64,000 bases of DNA from Octopus vulgaris (lineage: Eukaryota): contig OX597817.1 of the NCBI GenBank assembly GCA_951406725.2, positions 59,024,001 to 59,088,000 of the forward strand. The letters are read 5' to 3'. The position numbers were made by a program, and so were the translations under genes. The notes beneath the pieces are model-generated. The model saw nothing but the letters and a program-made list of their open reading frames with translations. It did not search any database and was not told the origin of the DNA. This document shows positions 11,880 to 24,574 of this stretch, piece after piece (position 1 is the first letter of the stretch; every line of letters begins with the position of its first letter).

Positions 11880-12690
11880 ATAGGTTCCCACAGAATTTCC
11901 GTCTACAAAATTCACTCACAAGGCATTTGCGGCCCAGGACTATAGCAGAAGATACTCACCCATGGTGCCATACAATGAGACCGAACTGGAAACCTCATGG
12001 ATGCAAAGTGAACTTGGATCTTTTCCTTTTGAACGGCAGATGTCAACACAATTTCTAGTTAACTAAACACTTTTAAACTTCGTATACTGGTAGAATGTGT
12101 TTATAAAACATCATTTTCTCTTGGTTTTATTGAGAAAATTCTATAGTCTGTAAGATATGTCGTCTGAAAATCCGAGCATTTCGGCAATTTTAGCCAATCG
12201 ATTACCTCCATTCAACTAAAATCATTTGCTGCGTCTAAAACTGAGACAACATCCTGTAACTAACCCTCAACCTACCCCCTAACCCTAACCCTAACCCTAA
12301 TTTTTTTTTCTTAATTGTTAAATTAATTTAATTCCATTGCTTTAGTTTTTTTACACGCGTAACAATTAAATTAATTTAACAATTAAGAAAAAAAAAATTT
12401 AGGGGTAGGGTTAGGGTTGGGGAGAGGTTTAGGGTTAGTTACAGGATGTTGTCTCAGTTTTAGACGCAGCAAATGATTTTAGCTCAAAAGAGAGCATAGG
12501 ATTGGTTAAAATTCGAAAAATTAAACTACATTAAACAAACAAATTACAATTTTCTCAAGAAAGCGAAGAGAAAAAATGTTTTATTTTGACACATTCTACC
12601 AGTATACGAAGTTTTAAAGTGTTTAGTTAACTAGAAATTGTCTGCCGTTCAAAAGGAAAAGATCCGTGAACTTCTTAACCGTACAGCCGT
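11880..12690 (-). mobile_element. SINE family A head, interrupted by a fold-back element
   Basis: TTTCCGTCTACAAAATTCACTCACAAGGCA.. resumes as CTTAACCGTACAGCCGTG after the insert. Confidence 0.7.
12016..12665. mobile_element. 650-bp fold-back non-autonomous DNA transposon (GG..CC ends, 8-bp TSD; Merlin- or MULE-like) with TAACCC repeats in the arms
   Basis: Ends GGATCTTTTCCTTTTGAACGGCAGA / TCTGCCGTTCAAAAGGAAAAGATCC, ~310-bp arms, perfect TSD GTGAACTT (12008-12015 and 12666-12673). Confidence 0.9.
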
Positions 12691-13029
12691 GGAGGTTGAT
12701 TTAAAACTTCCCAAACAGTTCTGACATTTGTTCAATCATTTCCTTCCTTTACCGTTATTTTCTTGCGTGGTGGCATGGCACAATTGGTAGAGCATCGGAC
12801 AGCATACTCGACGATATTCAACTTTTATACTTTTGCCTTCGGGTTCAAATCCCGCCGACCTAATTTTTATCTTTCGTCCTTCTGCAGGCCGATAAAGTAA
12901 ATCGCTGATCAAATATTGGATTCACTAAAATTGAAATACGCTCTCCGAAATTTGGGGCTCTGTGTTCATGCTAGAAATTAATATTTTCCTATTTATGGCC
13001 CTCATATACAGATCCCCCGAGTGGGAAAG

Positions 13030-13497
13030 GTTGTTAAAACCCAAATTCACTATCTTCAGTTCGGTTCTCATGTCTGTCCTCAATTATGGTCATGTATCTT
13101 GAGTAATGACTGAAGGAGCAGGATCAGAAGTACATGCGGTCGGGATGGATTTCTTCCTAAGAATCGCTGGAGTGATGTTACTCGACAGGGTGCCTTGCTC
13201 AGAGATCAGAGATTCTCTTCCAGTCGAGCTGAGAGATCACAGCTCTGGTATTGCAAACATGAGATGTTGCAGGAAAAAAAAAATGGTTTCTTCAAGCCGA
13301 GAAAAGTGGTGAGAGACCTGAGGGTAGAGCGAGTATGAGATGATTGGTTAATAACCATAGTCGCAGGTGGTCATGCTTGGGAATCCGGCTGAAGAATGTA
13401 ATAATGGTTGTTTCGGACCATATGGAGGAAATACCCGAGGACTCTACCACCACAAACCCGTCCAGGGATCATGTGTGGAGAAAATGGATGGACGTAT
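13030..13497 (+). mobile_element. RTE-clade LINE 3' remnant (Rex3/Expander-like)
   Basis: TIFSSVLMSVLNYGHVS*VMTE..MDFFLRIAGVMLLDRV..SEIRDSL matches the RTE post-RT consensus. Ends in AAAATGGATGGA. Confidence 0.8.
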
Positions 13498-13641
13498 ACA
13501 GATTTCAGATAAACGCTAGGTACAACAGAAGGGGTTTGTTTTTTTCTGAATTCTTTATCAGGTTTCCAAAACTCTACGTTTGTCCATAAGTGGTTGTTCA
13601 CGTGCGCTGGTGAATATTATACTGATATCCAGTTTGAACTA

Positions 13642-13927
13642 TTTCGTTTTTGGATTTCGTTTGCAAGATTCTTTATGCGAGCTCCTGTGTTGAAGCATAT
13701 TCTATTGTGTCTGGGGAGAGTCATTTTCTTTTTGGGTCTCATAATGTAACACACTCACCGGTAAAATTTCCACTTATTATAATAACGGACAGAGTCAAGA
13801 CTATTGAAAATGTTGCAAGACGCAACGAAAATTTTAGGAAAATAAAAATAAGAAAAAAGTGGAAATTTTACCGGTGAGAGTGTAACATTATAAGGCACAA
13901 AAAGAAAATGACTCTCCCCAGACACAA
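13642..13927. mobile_element. TSD-flanked insert with internal inverted duplication (probably a PLE-type terminus); related fragment at ~14825-14908
   Basis: 12-bp direct repeat CAGTTTGAACTA at 13630 and 13928. Inverted arms TTGTGTCTGGGGAGAGTCATTTTC..ACCGGTAAAATTTCCAC and its reverse complement. Confidence 0.65.
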
Positions 13928-14531
13928 CAGTTTGAACTAATTAAGCTGTTTAACGTGTGAGAAAAGTCGTTGGTTTCTTCGCAAGTTTAGAAGACAGCAA
14001 AGTATTCACGCTTCGTTACTCAATTGTCTCCCCTAGATAAAGTTTGTATGTTAAATAGTTATCTCCCCTGATATGACAACCGTGATCTTTAAACATTGGT
14101 AGTTCAAAGTTGATTCAGTTTTCTAAGGAATCTTTTGGGTTTCTTTACCATCGAAAATCAAGGGTATTTTTTTTTAATAGATATTTAACGGGAAATGGCA
14201 TTTTCAACCTTTAAAAACAAGGAAAGCTAATTAAAACAATCGAAAGCACGTGTGTTTTTAGCGTGTTTCAATCCTTCTTTTGTTGACAAGAGGCGCGATG
14301 TCTTTCAGAACAAATAATGTTTGGGATTGCTCGAATTTACAGGAATGCTGCTGCCATTCGGTCTCATACACTCGTCCGTCCCGAGATTGTCGGCTGATCT
14401 TGTACAAGTTCACAGAATGGGAAAGAGAATTGAATTGTAAGAAAACTATAAACTCAGTATTAGGGACTCTTGCCCTTTAAGAGTGAGAAAAATTGAGAGA
14501 GGGAGAGATGGGGAGAGAGGAAAACAGGGAG

Positions 14532-14591
<60 letters not shown>

Positions 14592-14965
14592 CGGTGTTGT
14601 GGTTTCTCCCAATATCCAGCTTTTAGCATTGCGTCCCAAAGTGGGTCTCGCAAAACAAAGATCTGGTCTTTCCTGGAATAAGGTGTCTTATTATAATAAG
14701 GTGTCTTATTATAATTCAATAAAATATCTTTACGAAAAAATAATCACGATTTTCAAAGCAAGTAAGTCACTTTTTATGAATAAATTTCCTCTCTAAAACA
14801 AAACAAAAAACAATAATAACAATAAATAAGCAAATGAGTAGAAATCGAACCGGTGAGTGTGTTACTTGATAAAGCATTAGAAGAGAATGACTCTCCCTAG
14901 ACACAATAAAATGAAATAATGTTATACGTAAATTAGTATAGCGGGGAACATCCATAAAATATACG

Positions 14966-15106
14966 GGCGATCCTTCGATATTGGTGTAGAGGGTGTCAGT
15001 ATGAGGAAATGACCTCATTCACCCCATTTTTTCAGTCTAGCTTCTTTATCAATGTCATGAGATTTTGCGGGTGAATGACGTCATATACCAATATCGAACG
15101 ATTACC
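14966..15106. mobile_element. 141-bp MITE with GG..CC ends and 8-bp TSD (Merlin-like)
   Basis: TIRs GGCGATCCTTCGATATTGG / CCAATATCGAACGATTACC; TSD AATATACG on both sides. Confidence 0.8.
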
Positions 15107-15120
15107 AATATACGTTCAAG

Positions 15121-15519
15121 TAAGGCAGCGAGCTGGCGGAATCGTTAGCGGGCTGGGAAAAATGCTTAACGGTATTTCGTCTGCCGTTACGTTCTAAGTT
15201 CAAATTCCGCCAAGGTCGACTTTGCCTTTCATCCTTTCGGGGTCGATTAAATAAGTACCAGTTACGCACTGGGATCGATATAATCGACTTAATCCGTCTG
15301 TCTGTCCTTGTTTGTCCCCTCTGTGTTTAGCCACTTGTGGGTAGTAAAGAAATAGGTATTTCGTCTGCCGCTACTTTCTGAGTTCAAATTCCACCGAGGT
15401 CGACTTTGCCTTTCATCCTTTCGGGGTCGATAAATTAAGTAGCAGTTGCGTACTTGGGTCGATCTAATCGACTGGCCCCCTCTCCAAAAATTTCGGGCCT
15501 TGTGCCTAGAGTAGAAAAG
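15121..15519 (+). mobile_element. SINE family B, composite dimer with two different tails
   Basis: Head GGCAGCGAGCTGGCGGAATCGTTAG and two copies of the core GTCGACTTTGCCTTTCATCCTTTCGGGGTCGAT (Meta-domain-like). TSD AATATACGTTC(A/G)AG. Confidence 0.88.
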
Positions 15520-16097
15520 AATATACGTTCGAGCGGAGGTGTTTTGAAACAGCGTGTAGCAGTTCTCGCGAGACTATCTTTAGAAGCTGCTGCCATAAAA
15601 AGCAAAACGGTCGACTGGCCGCAATCATTAATGGGTTGGACGAAAGGATTTGCAGTATTTCTGCCAGCATTTATTTTTTTATGTTCCTAGTTCAGTTTTG
15701 CCTTTCAATTAAGTCCTGGGGTCGACGTAATCTAATCCTCCCCTCCCTTCAAAATTACTGGCAATGAGCTCGGTAACAACCCGATGTCCCGTTCGGGAGG
15801 TGGACTGCTGTGATTTTAGTCCCTTATATATGCCACGGAAACAAAGCTACCGACGTCATGTATACTCGGACTCGAGAAATTATTTGGTTTTGCAGCTTAA
15901 AGTAGGACAAGAATACTTTCCCTTGTGAACAATCTGCAGCTTAGGTTGTTTCCCTTGCTTTTCGCGCTTTACAATCATTTCAATTCTAGGCTGTTCGGGA
16001 TAAATTTGCCGATTCTTTGTCTCTTTTTATTCAGGAACAGCTCGAGGTGTTGGTGAACAGTCGACGGCGTCAGAGACCATTAAAATCAAAGTTACAA

Positions 16098-17200
16098 TCG
16101 AGAAAAGGTTAGTGGACATGGAGGAGCAGAAGCTATTTGAATATTGGAAAAGTATTACCTGTATCATGACGGTGTGTGCTGGGTGTTTCAATACCTATAT
16201 CTTTACTACCCACAAGGGGCTAAACACACAGAGGACAAACAAGGACAGACAAACGGATTAAGTCGATTATATCGACCCCAGTGCGTAACTGGTATTTATT
16301 TAATCGACCCCGAAAGGATGAAAGGCAAAGTCGACCTCGGCGGAATTTGAACTCAGAACGTAGCGGCAGACGAAATACCGCTAAGCATTTCGCTTGGCGT
16401 GCTAACGTTTCTGCCAGATCGCCGCCTTGTGTGTCAAAATACCGACATCATGACAGCAGCTCAATGCACTGTGAGCCCTGTAACCTGGATGGCTGCAATG
16501 GAGACTACGATGCCGTGGCCAGCAGATAGGAATACAGCAGGCATCCTGACTGCTCTACATGTCGGAATTTATCCGACAACTGCAGGACAAGTTATTTGAA
16601 GATCCGAGCAACGGTGTCCGGGCTTTGGCGAGAGAGATGAGAGTTGGAGACTCCATAAGAAGCTGGAAATGAATGAAGACCTTCGCTTCCACTTGTAGAA
16701 AAGGCGCATGGGAATGAATTCTGATATCAATGGCCAAGAAGAACTGCTTGACGAAGGCAAAGAAGCTCCTGAACAAGATGAGGCATCTTGTTGAGCCGGG
16801 AATTATCTGGTTCCTCTCAAAGGTAAAAAAAAAACATTTCTGCGAGGACCAAGCAGCACAACATCTAAAAAAACAGTTGATTTGCTTACAATCCACGTGA
16901 CGTCCCGTGTATCATGAAAACCGAATTCCTCCAAACTGTGATGGTCTTTGGGTGTGTTTTCAGCCAGGGCGACATCATGCCGTCCTACACCTTTGAACAG
17001 GGAGTTCGGCTCATTTCAGGTGGTTATGTGAGGCTGCTGGAGACCGTGGTCAATCCTTGGCTGCGAAGCGTTTCTGATGGAAGGCCGTAAGTGCGGAACC
17101 AGGATTCCGCTCCTTACCATTTATTTGGAAAGAGTCAGAAGTGGAGAATTTCTTCAACATCACCAGCCCCAATTACTGGCCTCCTAATTCCCTCGATTTC
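16098..17200 (+). mobile_element. Degenerate maT/DD37D-type Tc1-mariner transposase, interrupted by a SINE
   Basis: Fragments AKKLLNKMRH, MKTEFLQTVMVFGCVFSQGDIMPSYTF, YVRLLETVVNPW, QDSAPYH and WPPNSLD; many stops and frameshifts. Confidence 0.8.
16196..16428 (-). mobile_element. SINE family B monomer inserted in the maT transposase
   Basis: Complete head-to-tail match to family B. Imperfect TSD GTGTTTCAATACC / GTGTCAAAATACC. Confidence 0.88.
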
Positions 17201-17467
17201 CATCAAATTTATCCCCCGAATATTTTGTATTTTGTAGTTATTCAAGATACGCCGCGAACTGAAAGGTGAAACAGGAAATGGAAGTGTCATCACGATTTAT
17301 CTATATATACATTTATCTGTATATTTATTTTTCGACGTCTCTCATTATTCCATGCTATGTAAACATTAACAATGCTATAAAAACGTCTCTCAAAGCCTAC
17401 ATATCTCCATTATACACTTTTACAATACAATGAAAATGTTCTTAACGCTTCGTTGCTCGGCCTCTCA

Positions 17468-17539
<72 letters not shown>

Positions 17540-17742
17540 TTGATAATTGACCCAATGAATGTACGTTATGTACGCAATCGTAAACAGATTTATGACTCAT
17601 CATTAGGAAATGTTAAACGATCATTGAGTTTTCGGGTGCAAATTATGGAGGGCCACTTTCTTAGGACGAATAACAAATACGTTTTAAGGCGGAGCAGAAA
17701 CGACAGCAGGAGCAGTTATAAAATAAAACTACAAGAGTTCTG

Positions 17743-17822
<80 letters not shown>

Positions 17823-17893
17823 TATATATATACATATATATATGTACATACATATATATATACATACACACAACTATACATAAACATATACAT

Positions 17894-17960
<67 letters not shown>

Positions 17961-18059
17961 TGGATAGATATACATATAAAAATAGATAAGTGGTATAACA
18001 AGGCACCAATATTTACTGGAAAATAGCAATCGATACAAATACGACGCTATTGTATAGCT

Positions 18060-18410
18060 TCACTGCGTATTTACTAGCAAAGACGTGTGTGTGCAACAAA
18101 CATGAAAAAGTTGTCTTACTCCCAAATGACCAGAACATTAGCTTCAAGGTTCATCCAAGGCTGGGACCACGGGCCATACGTCCCCTGCCCAATTCAGGAT
18201 CACAACATATAGGTACACAGCGACATAATTTCTTTTCCTCAACAACCCTGCCCTTTTTAACACTGTCCCACTACTGATCAAAGAAGAAAAGGATCTCATC
18301 ACCATTAAAAGGAGCCTGGACAGATTTCTTCAAGGAATACCAAATAAGCCACCCATATCTGGATACAACTCACTCGACAAAATCTCCCTACTTGAATGGA
18401 CCATGATACC
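18060..18410 (+). mobile_element. CR1-group LINE 3' remnant
   Basis: C-terminal peptide PRLGPRAIRP..ALFNTVP..IKRSLDRFLQGIPNKP..GYNSLDKISLLEW; related to 46075-46320. Confidence 0.65.
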
Positions 18411-18483
18411 ACAAAACTTGACTTAAAAAGGATTTAGATAATTCTACCTTTGGTCAAATGGTCAAAACATCTAAATTTATCTA

Positions 18484-18611
<128 letters not shown>

Positions 18612-18861
18612 GGTGGTGGTTCAGTTATTGATGAAAGCGATGTCCGTTTTGAGAAAAAGAAAGATTGGATTAATGTCGATAGACCAGATACACACCGGAA
18701 TGGTTCCCATAAATGGCTACACACGCTTGTTGCACGGGACACGAGTAACGAGTAATAATTAATCAACGAACATCGTCGAATTTTTCGTGAGCGAATAATA
18801 CTTCGTCTGTTTATTGACATGGTTTGCAAACCACTTAACTTCTAAGGATCAAAACACGTTC

Positions 18862-19091
18862 CTATTTCTTTAGAACCCACAAGGGGCTAAACACAGAGGG
18901 GACAAACAAGGACAGACAAACAGATTAAGTCGATTACATCGACCCCAGTGCGTAACTGGTACACTTACTTTATCGACCCCGAAAGGATGAAAGGCAAAGT
19001 CGACCTCGGCGGAATTTGAACTCAGAACCTATCGGCAGACGAAATACTGTTAAGCATTTCGCCCGGCGTGCTAACGTTTCTGCCAGCTCGC
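18862..19091 (-). mobile_element. SINE family B monomer
   Basis: Near-complete match to 16196-16428. Confidence 0.88.
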
Positions 19092-20068
19092 TGTGGTGGG
19101 TTTCTCTCCGGAGGCCTTCTCCAGTTCAATTTCCTTCACTTACCAGTACCTAATCAACGAACATGGAGACATGTTTTCATCGTCGCATGTTTGTGAGCGG
19201 ACATTTCGTCTCGTTATTGCGACGAATCTCAAACTGCTTTGCTCTTTATTAAACTCGGTAATTTAACAAACTCGCAAAGAATGAGAAAATCGAGAGAGAT
19301 TTATGGAGACACATAACTAAATTACGAACATTAACATATTTCTATAAGATCTTGGTGTTTATTCAATCTAGGTTACTGCGTTGGTTTCTTTCAGGATTTG
19401 TAAAATATAGGCCGTGGGAAACATTATAGATCAGGATAATTAAGACAAAAATTCCGGACGCTCTCTCTCTCTCTCTCTTTCTCTCTTTGATGCCCAAGGG
19501 TAAGTATTAATTATCTTACGCAATTGAAATTTATACGGGTACAAGGAGTCACCAATTGACCGGGGTACATCAAAACACAAATAACGCAGTAAGCAGAAAC
19601 GATGACAACAAGACTTTTCGTTTAATTTATAGGAATAAGAGGTTGGTTATATTGGCGAGGAGTGCTAAAAAGAAGGGAATCAAAAGGAGAAAAATTAGCA
19701 AAACTTGTACATTTGCTATCGTTCGGTCCTTATTATCCGACATCCGACCAGAAGATAGCATGATGCAGGTTGTTGGGGTGTTCAGTGCCGTCTCAGAACC
19801 ACGGTCACAATACAGGGTGTCAGAATTTTGAGAAAAAAAATATTTTTATTTCTTCATTATTAATAGCGCTTTCGTTCGTTTCTCGAATTTGTCAAATGAA
19901 ATTTTGTGAATATACCAACAACTTGTTGATTTATATAAAACAGATGTTTTTGGGGTGGGGAGGGTTGTTTAGAAGAAGAGAACATTGCTTTTGTTGGTTT
20001 TCTTTTGTTTTGTTTTTGGGGTGCGGTTCTATTGACAATGGAGATGGATAGATAGAAATATTGATAGG

Positions 20069-20150
<82 letters not shown>

Positions 20151-20153
20151 TAG

Positions 20154-20238
<85 letters not shown>

Positions 20239-20239
<1 letters not shown>

Positions 20240-23200
20240 GTTTCTTTATTGGCCACACAGGGCTGCACACAGATGGGACAAATTACAAGGTAGAGCTTTT
20301 CTTTTGGGGGATGAAAAAAAAAAGTGGCGTAGGTTTTCGATCAAAAGGGATCGTAAAAGGGAAAAAGAAAAAAAGGAAAAGAAACAAAAGAAAAGAGAAA
20401 AGAAAAAAGGAGAAAAAAGAGGAAAAAAGGGCAAGAGGGAAAAAAACGATCAATAGGGATCGTGTATCACAGTGCCATGATGTACGGTGTAAAGGGGGAA
20501 GCAGATAAGGTTTATCCGTGGGAAGAAAAGCCTACGAAAAAGACCACGGTAACCTCGGTCAATATTGTTATATGTTACCACATTTGTTTGCAAGTGGGTA
20601 ACCCTCTGTTTTCAATTTCTGGGTTCATAGGATTATGCTCAAGGTGGCTTCGTCATTCATACGTGCCATCCTTGCTACATTCACCCATCTCTTTTTAAAA
20701 CATTCGCTAGACAAAACTTGCCTCTCTACTCTCACTTTCCTTTTCAAGTGGTACTTGAAGAAGTTGATGAGAGATTGACCAGAGAGGAAAGTGTTTATCT
20801 CCAATCCTTTCAGACGCGTCTACCAGATACATTCTTTCGCCATAGCCACAAGGATGATGAAAATAGCTCTTCCTTCCCGTTTGAAGGAAGGAGGCGTGAC
20901 AATATTGACGATAGACTCAGCTGATAAACCGACTCGTCCTACACGTGACAGCAGTTGTTCGACATAAGCCCACAGGTCAGAAATTGTTGGACACTGCACG
21001 AGTGCGTGCAGAACGGTTTCGTCGCTCTGACCGCATCTCGGGCAAGTCGGCCCCGTGTTTCTCGAGCCGTGTCTGTAGAGCTTATCCCAAACGGGTAGCG
21101 CTTCTCGGTAGCACTGCTAGACAAGGGATCTCTGGAAGTTGTCCATGGGCCCTGGCCCGAAAGTCGTCCCGAACAGGCGGGTCAGGTATTCCTCGTCGAT
21201 GTCCAGGTTCGCCCCGAGCTCGTCGTCGTACCTCCCCTCCACTAATCCCTATAGAATGCTTAGGTTGTGATGGAGTCACTCAGGGTCGGCCCGGGACGGC
21301 AGAGTTGCTTGAGAGCAACGCGACACTCGCGGTGCCATTCGCCCTTCCTCGGCCTCTTTTTGATCCACGACTGCAGTTCGGTCATGGAGGCTAGCTGCGG
21401 GAAAGCGTGCCTCACAAACGGCGACCACACCTGTTCACCGTCGTCTACATAGAGCCTGAGATGTCGCAGTCTCAGCGCGTGTCTGCGCATCATCAACCAC
21501 TGCATGCCCAGTCCTCCTTTTAACGGGTGTTGACAGCAAATGGATCGCCTGACCATCGGGACGCATCCTTTCCACAAGAAGCGAAGGAGAATGCGTTCTA
21601 ATTTGGTGATGGTAGGGTCGGGACAAGGCACGACGGCCAGGCGGTAGTAGATGACGGACGCGATGTACGTGTTCGCCACCTCCGCCCGACCTTCTAGGGA
21701 CAGTTTCCTCTCGGCCCATTGCCGGGCGAGAGTGACCACCCTACTCGTTTTCTCGTTCCAGTTCTTCTCCATTTGGAGGTCCGGACCGAACCAGACCCGA
21801 GCAACTCGACCGGACCGTCGGTCCAGCGTCCCACAACGGAGGCGCTGGTGGACGGCATGGGCTTGCTTCTCCAGGTGCCTAGTCGCAAGCCCACTGACTT
21901 TTCCCGGTTGATTTTCGCTCCTGTCACCGCTTCGTAGTTTTTCAGTGTCTCGCCGACCTGCTCGATGTGCTCGTGGCTAGACACTATGAGGGTGACGTCG
22001 TCCGCGTATGCAGACACGTTCGTCCCGCATCCCAGTTCTCGCGGGATGCCCCTCAGAGTTGCCAGCTTCCGCAATAATGGCTCGAGAGTCAATACGTATA
22101 GAAGCGACGAGAGGGGGCATCCTTGACGGACCGAACGTGCGATGTCGAAAGGTCTCGATAGATGTCCATTTACGCGAATTACCGGACGGATGCCTCTGTA
22201 CAAAGCGGCTATCCAGCCGCGGAAGACGGGACCGAAGCCAGCCGCTCTGAGTATCGATGGTTTACCCTATCGAAAGCTTTCGATTGATCCAAATTGATCA
22301 GCGCCCCACCCATGCCAGATTGGTTAACTACCCTGTCTATGATGTAGCGCATCAGGTGGAGTTTGTCATGGATGGTCCGGCCCGGCACGGCGCACGTTTG
22401 CGCCTTGTCGACCAGTTTCTCTATGACAAGCGCCAACCTCTTGGCTAACACCTTGGCCAAAATTTTCAAGTCTGCATTAAGCAGAGTGATGGGCCTAAAG
22501 TTATCTATTACATTTCCCTTGTTTAGATCTTTCTTCAGCAGTGTTACGGCTTCTCGGCTCACAAAACCAGGAATGCTCCCGTTTTGCTGCCAGTTGCAGT
22601 ACACCGCTGCCAAGACGTCTCCAAACAAGTCTGACATACAGCTGTAAAGCTCGTAGGGTAGACCATCCAAACCCGGCGATTTGTCCCCCGAGCATTCTGC
22701 CATCGCGTCCTGCACTTCCGCCGCCGTGATGGCACCTTCGCAGCACCCTGTCTCTCTTGTCGACAGTTGTTGTAGGCTGTGTAGGTAGGCACTGAAGTCC
22801 ACCCTACGTTCTTGCCCGCCACTCGTCCCGAACAGTCGGGCAAAATGCTGTTGAAAGGCCTCACACATTTTACTTGGCTCGAGCAATTCGCGCCCCTGTT
22901 CATCTACCAGAGACCGAATCGTGGCTTTGTTGCCCTGTTGCGCCTCTGGTACCCGGGCCTCTCTCGCGGCTCCAACACCTTCGTTCCTTAGAGAACGCAT
23001 CCTAGCTCTGACAGCACACCCTTCGTGTTTGGTGTTGAAGTGTTGGTCGAGGGCCAACCTCGCCGCCAAAACGTCGGATGCGATGCCGCTTCTAATTGCC
23101 TCTTCTAGCTTCTTAACTAGCTCACCCTCTACTCTATTTCTATCTATGGCTAGTGCTTTGCTGTACCTAATCGCTTCTGCTTTTACTGCTCTCTTTACTG

Positions 23201-23879
23201 CTCTCTCTTCTGCTTTTACTGCTCTCTTTTACTGCTCTCTTTACTACTCTCTCTTTACTGCTCTCTCCATTTATTGTTGATGATGGCTCCCGTCAAAGCC
23301 CTCTTTACTAGTGTGCTAATCCGGTCTCTGAAAACCTGTCTCGATGGAAAAGATGCGTTTAGTTTCCAGTATCCGGGACCCTTCCTAAGTGTCTTACCTA
23401 AGTCTAGCGTACATGTCACAAGTTTGTGATCCGTGTAGCTGACTATGTGGAATTGTGGACATCCTATGCTATCTCTATCAACTGTCCTACACAGTATCCT
23501 ATCTAGATACGATCTCGACGACCCGATGCGGTTGCTCCATGTCCACGTTGGCGCATTCGGGTGGTCTAGTCAGAACCTGTCAGACAGTTGAAAGCGTCTG
23601 AGCAGGTCTCTGAGGCATTTGCATCCCCGTCTATTCCTATCTCTGCCCACGTAGTCTACATGCGTGTCCAAGGTAGCATTCCAATCCCCCACTAAGAGTA
23701 AAGGACGAGACGTTCCCAATAATATTTCTAGACGTTGAAAGAAATCCGCCCGACCTGTTAAGGGCGGTGCGTAGACTGATACGAGTCGAAAAGCGCACCC
23801 ATTGCTGCCGTCGACATCCAGGACGACCAGTCTACCCTCCGGGTCTACGAATATTATCTTTACTTTGAGATCCAGAGAT
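20239..23879 (-). mobile_element. 5'-truncated Tx1/L1-clade LINE (APE endonuclease, RT, C-terminal Cys/His motif), frameshifted, embedded in (GATA)n
   Basis: [20 protein letters not shown] (APE). KSPGLDGLPYELY, NFRPITLLNADLKILAK, LDQSKAFDRVNH, SVRQGCPLS and YADD (RT). 3' end AATAAAGAAACT(TATC)n. Confidence 0.95.
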
Positions 23880-23880
23880 T

Positions 23881-23929
<49 letters not shown>

Positions 23930-23966
23930 GTAGGTAGGTAGGTAGGTAGGTAGGTAGGTAGGTAGG

Positions 23967-24050
<84 letters not shown>

Positions 24051-24323
24051 GGGAGAGAGAGAATGCGGATCCCCCTTCCTATTCGCCATTCATTCATTCA
24101 TTTATTTATTTAGGTATTTACCATTGTATTTGGAATGGCTTTAAGGATGGTGACCTCTTCATAAAAAAAAAAACAGGTGCAGTGTGGTCGTCACTGAAAA
24201 TCTTTTTGCTTCCTCTTTCCTTCTTTTTTCCTCTTTTTGAAATTTAGTTTTGCATGAAAAAACATTACTCTAATATGAGCAAATTAAAAATTCTTTTAAA
24301 TAAATAAATAAAATAAAATAATC

Positions 24324-24395
<72 letters not shown>

Positions 24396-24574
24396 AGGTT
24401 ATAATGGACACAGGTTCGTGTGTCATATAGCTAGCTAGATGCGATGGCCTCTAGGAGCTAATCAACAGCAGCTTAAGTCTTATATTTATGGACTGCCATA
24501 TTAGCTTGGCGATAACTGTTAATTTCCAGTACCGCTGCCGTAGTCTTCTTTAGAAATATATATATATATATGTC

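Noticed and set aside
12258-12440. Telomere or chromosome-fusion signature from opposed TAACCC/GGGTTA tracts
   Set aside because: Short, degenerate and contained in the arms of a TSD-flanked transposon
18625-18655. C/D snoRNA suggested by TGATGA in the duplicated segment
   Set aside because: No CTGA D box or terminal stem conserved in both copies
20945-23280. Plus-strand GC-rich ORFs
   Set aside because: Antisense shadows of the Tx1-like ORF2
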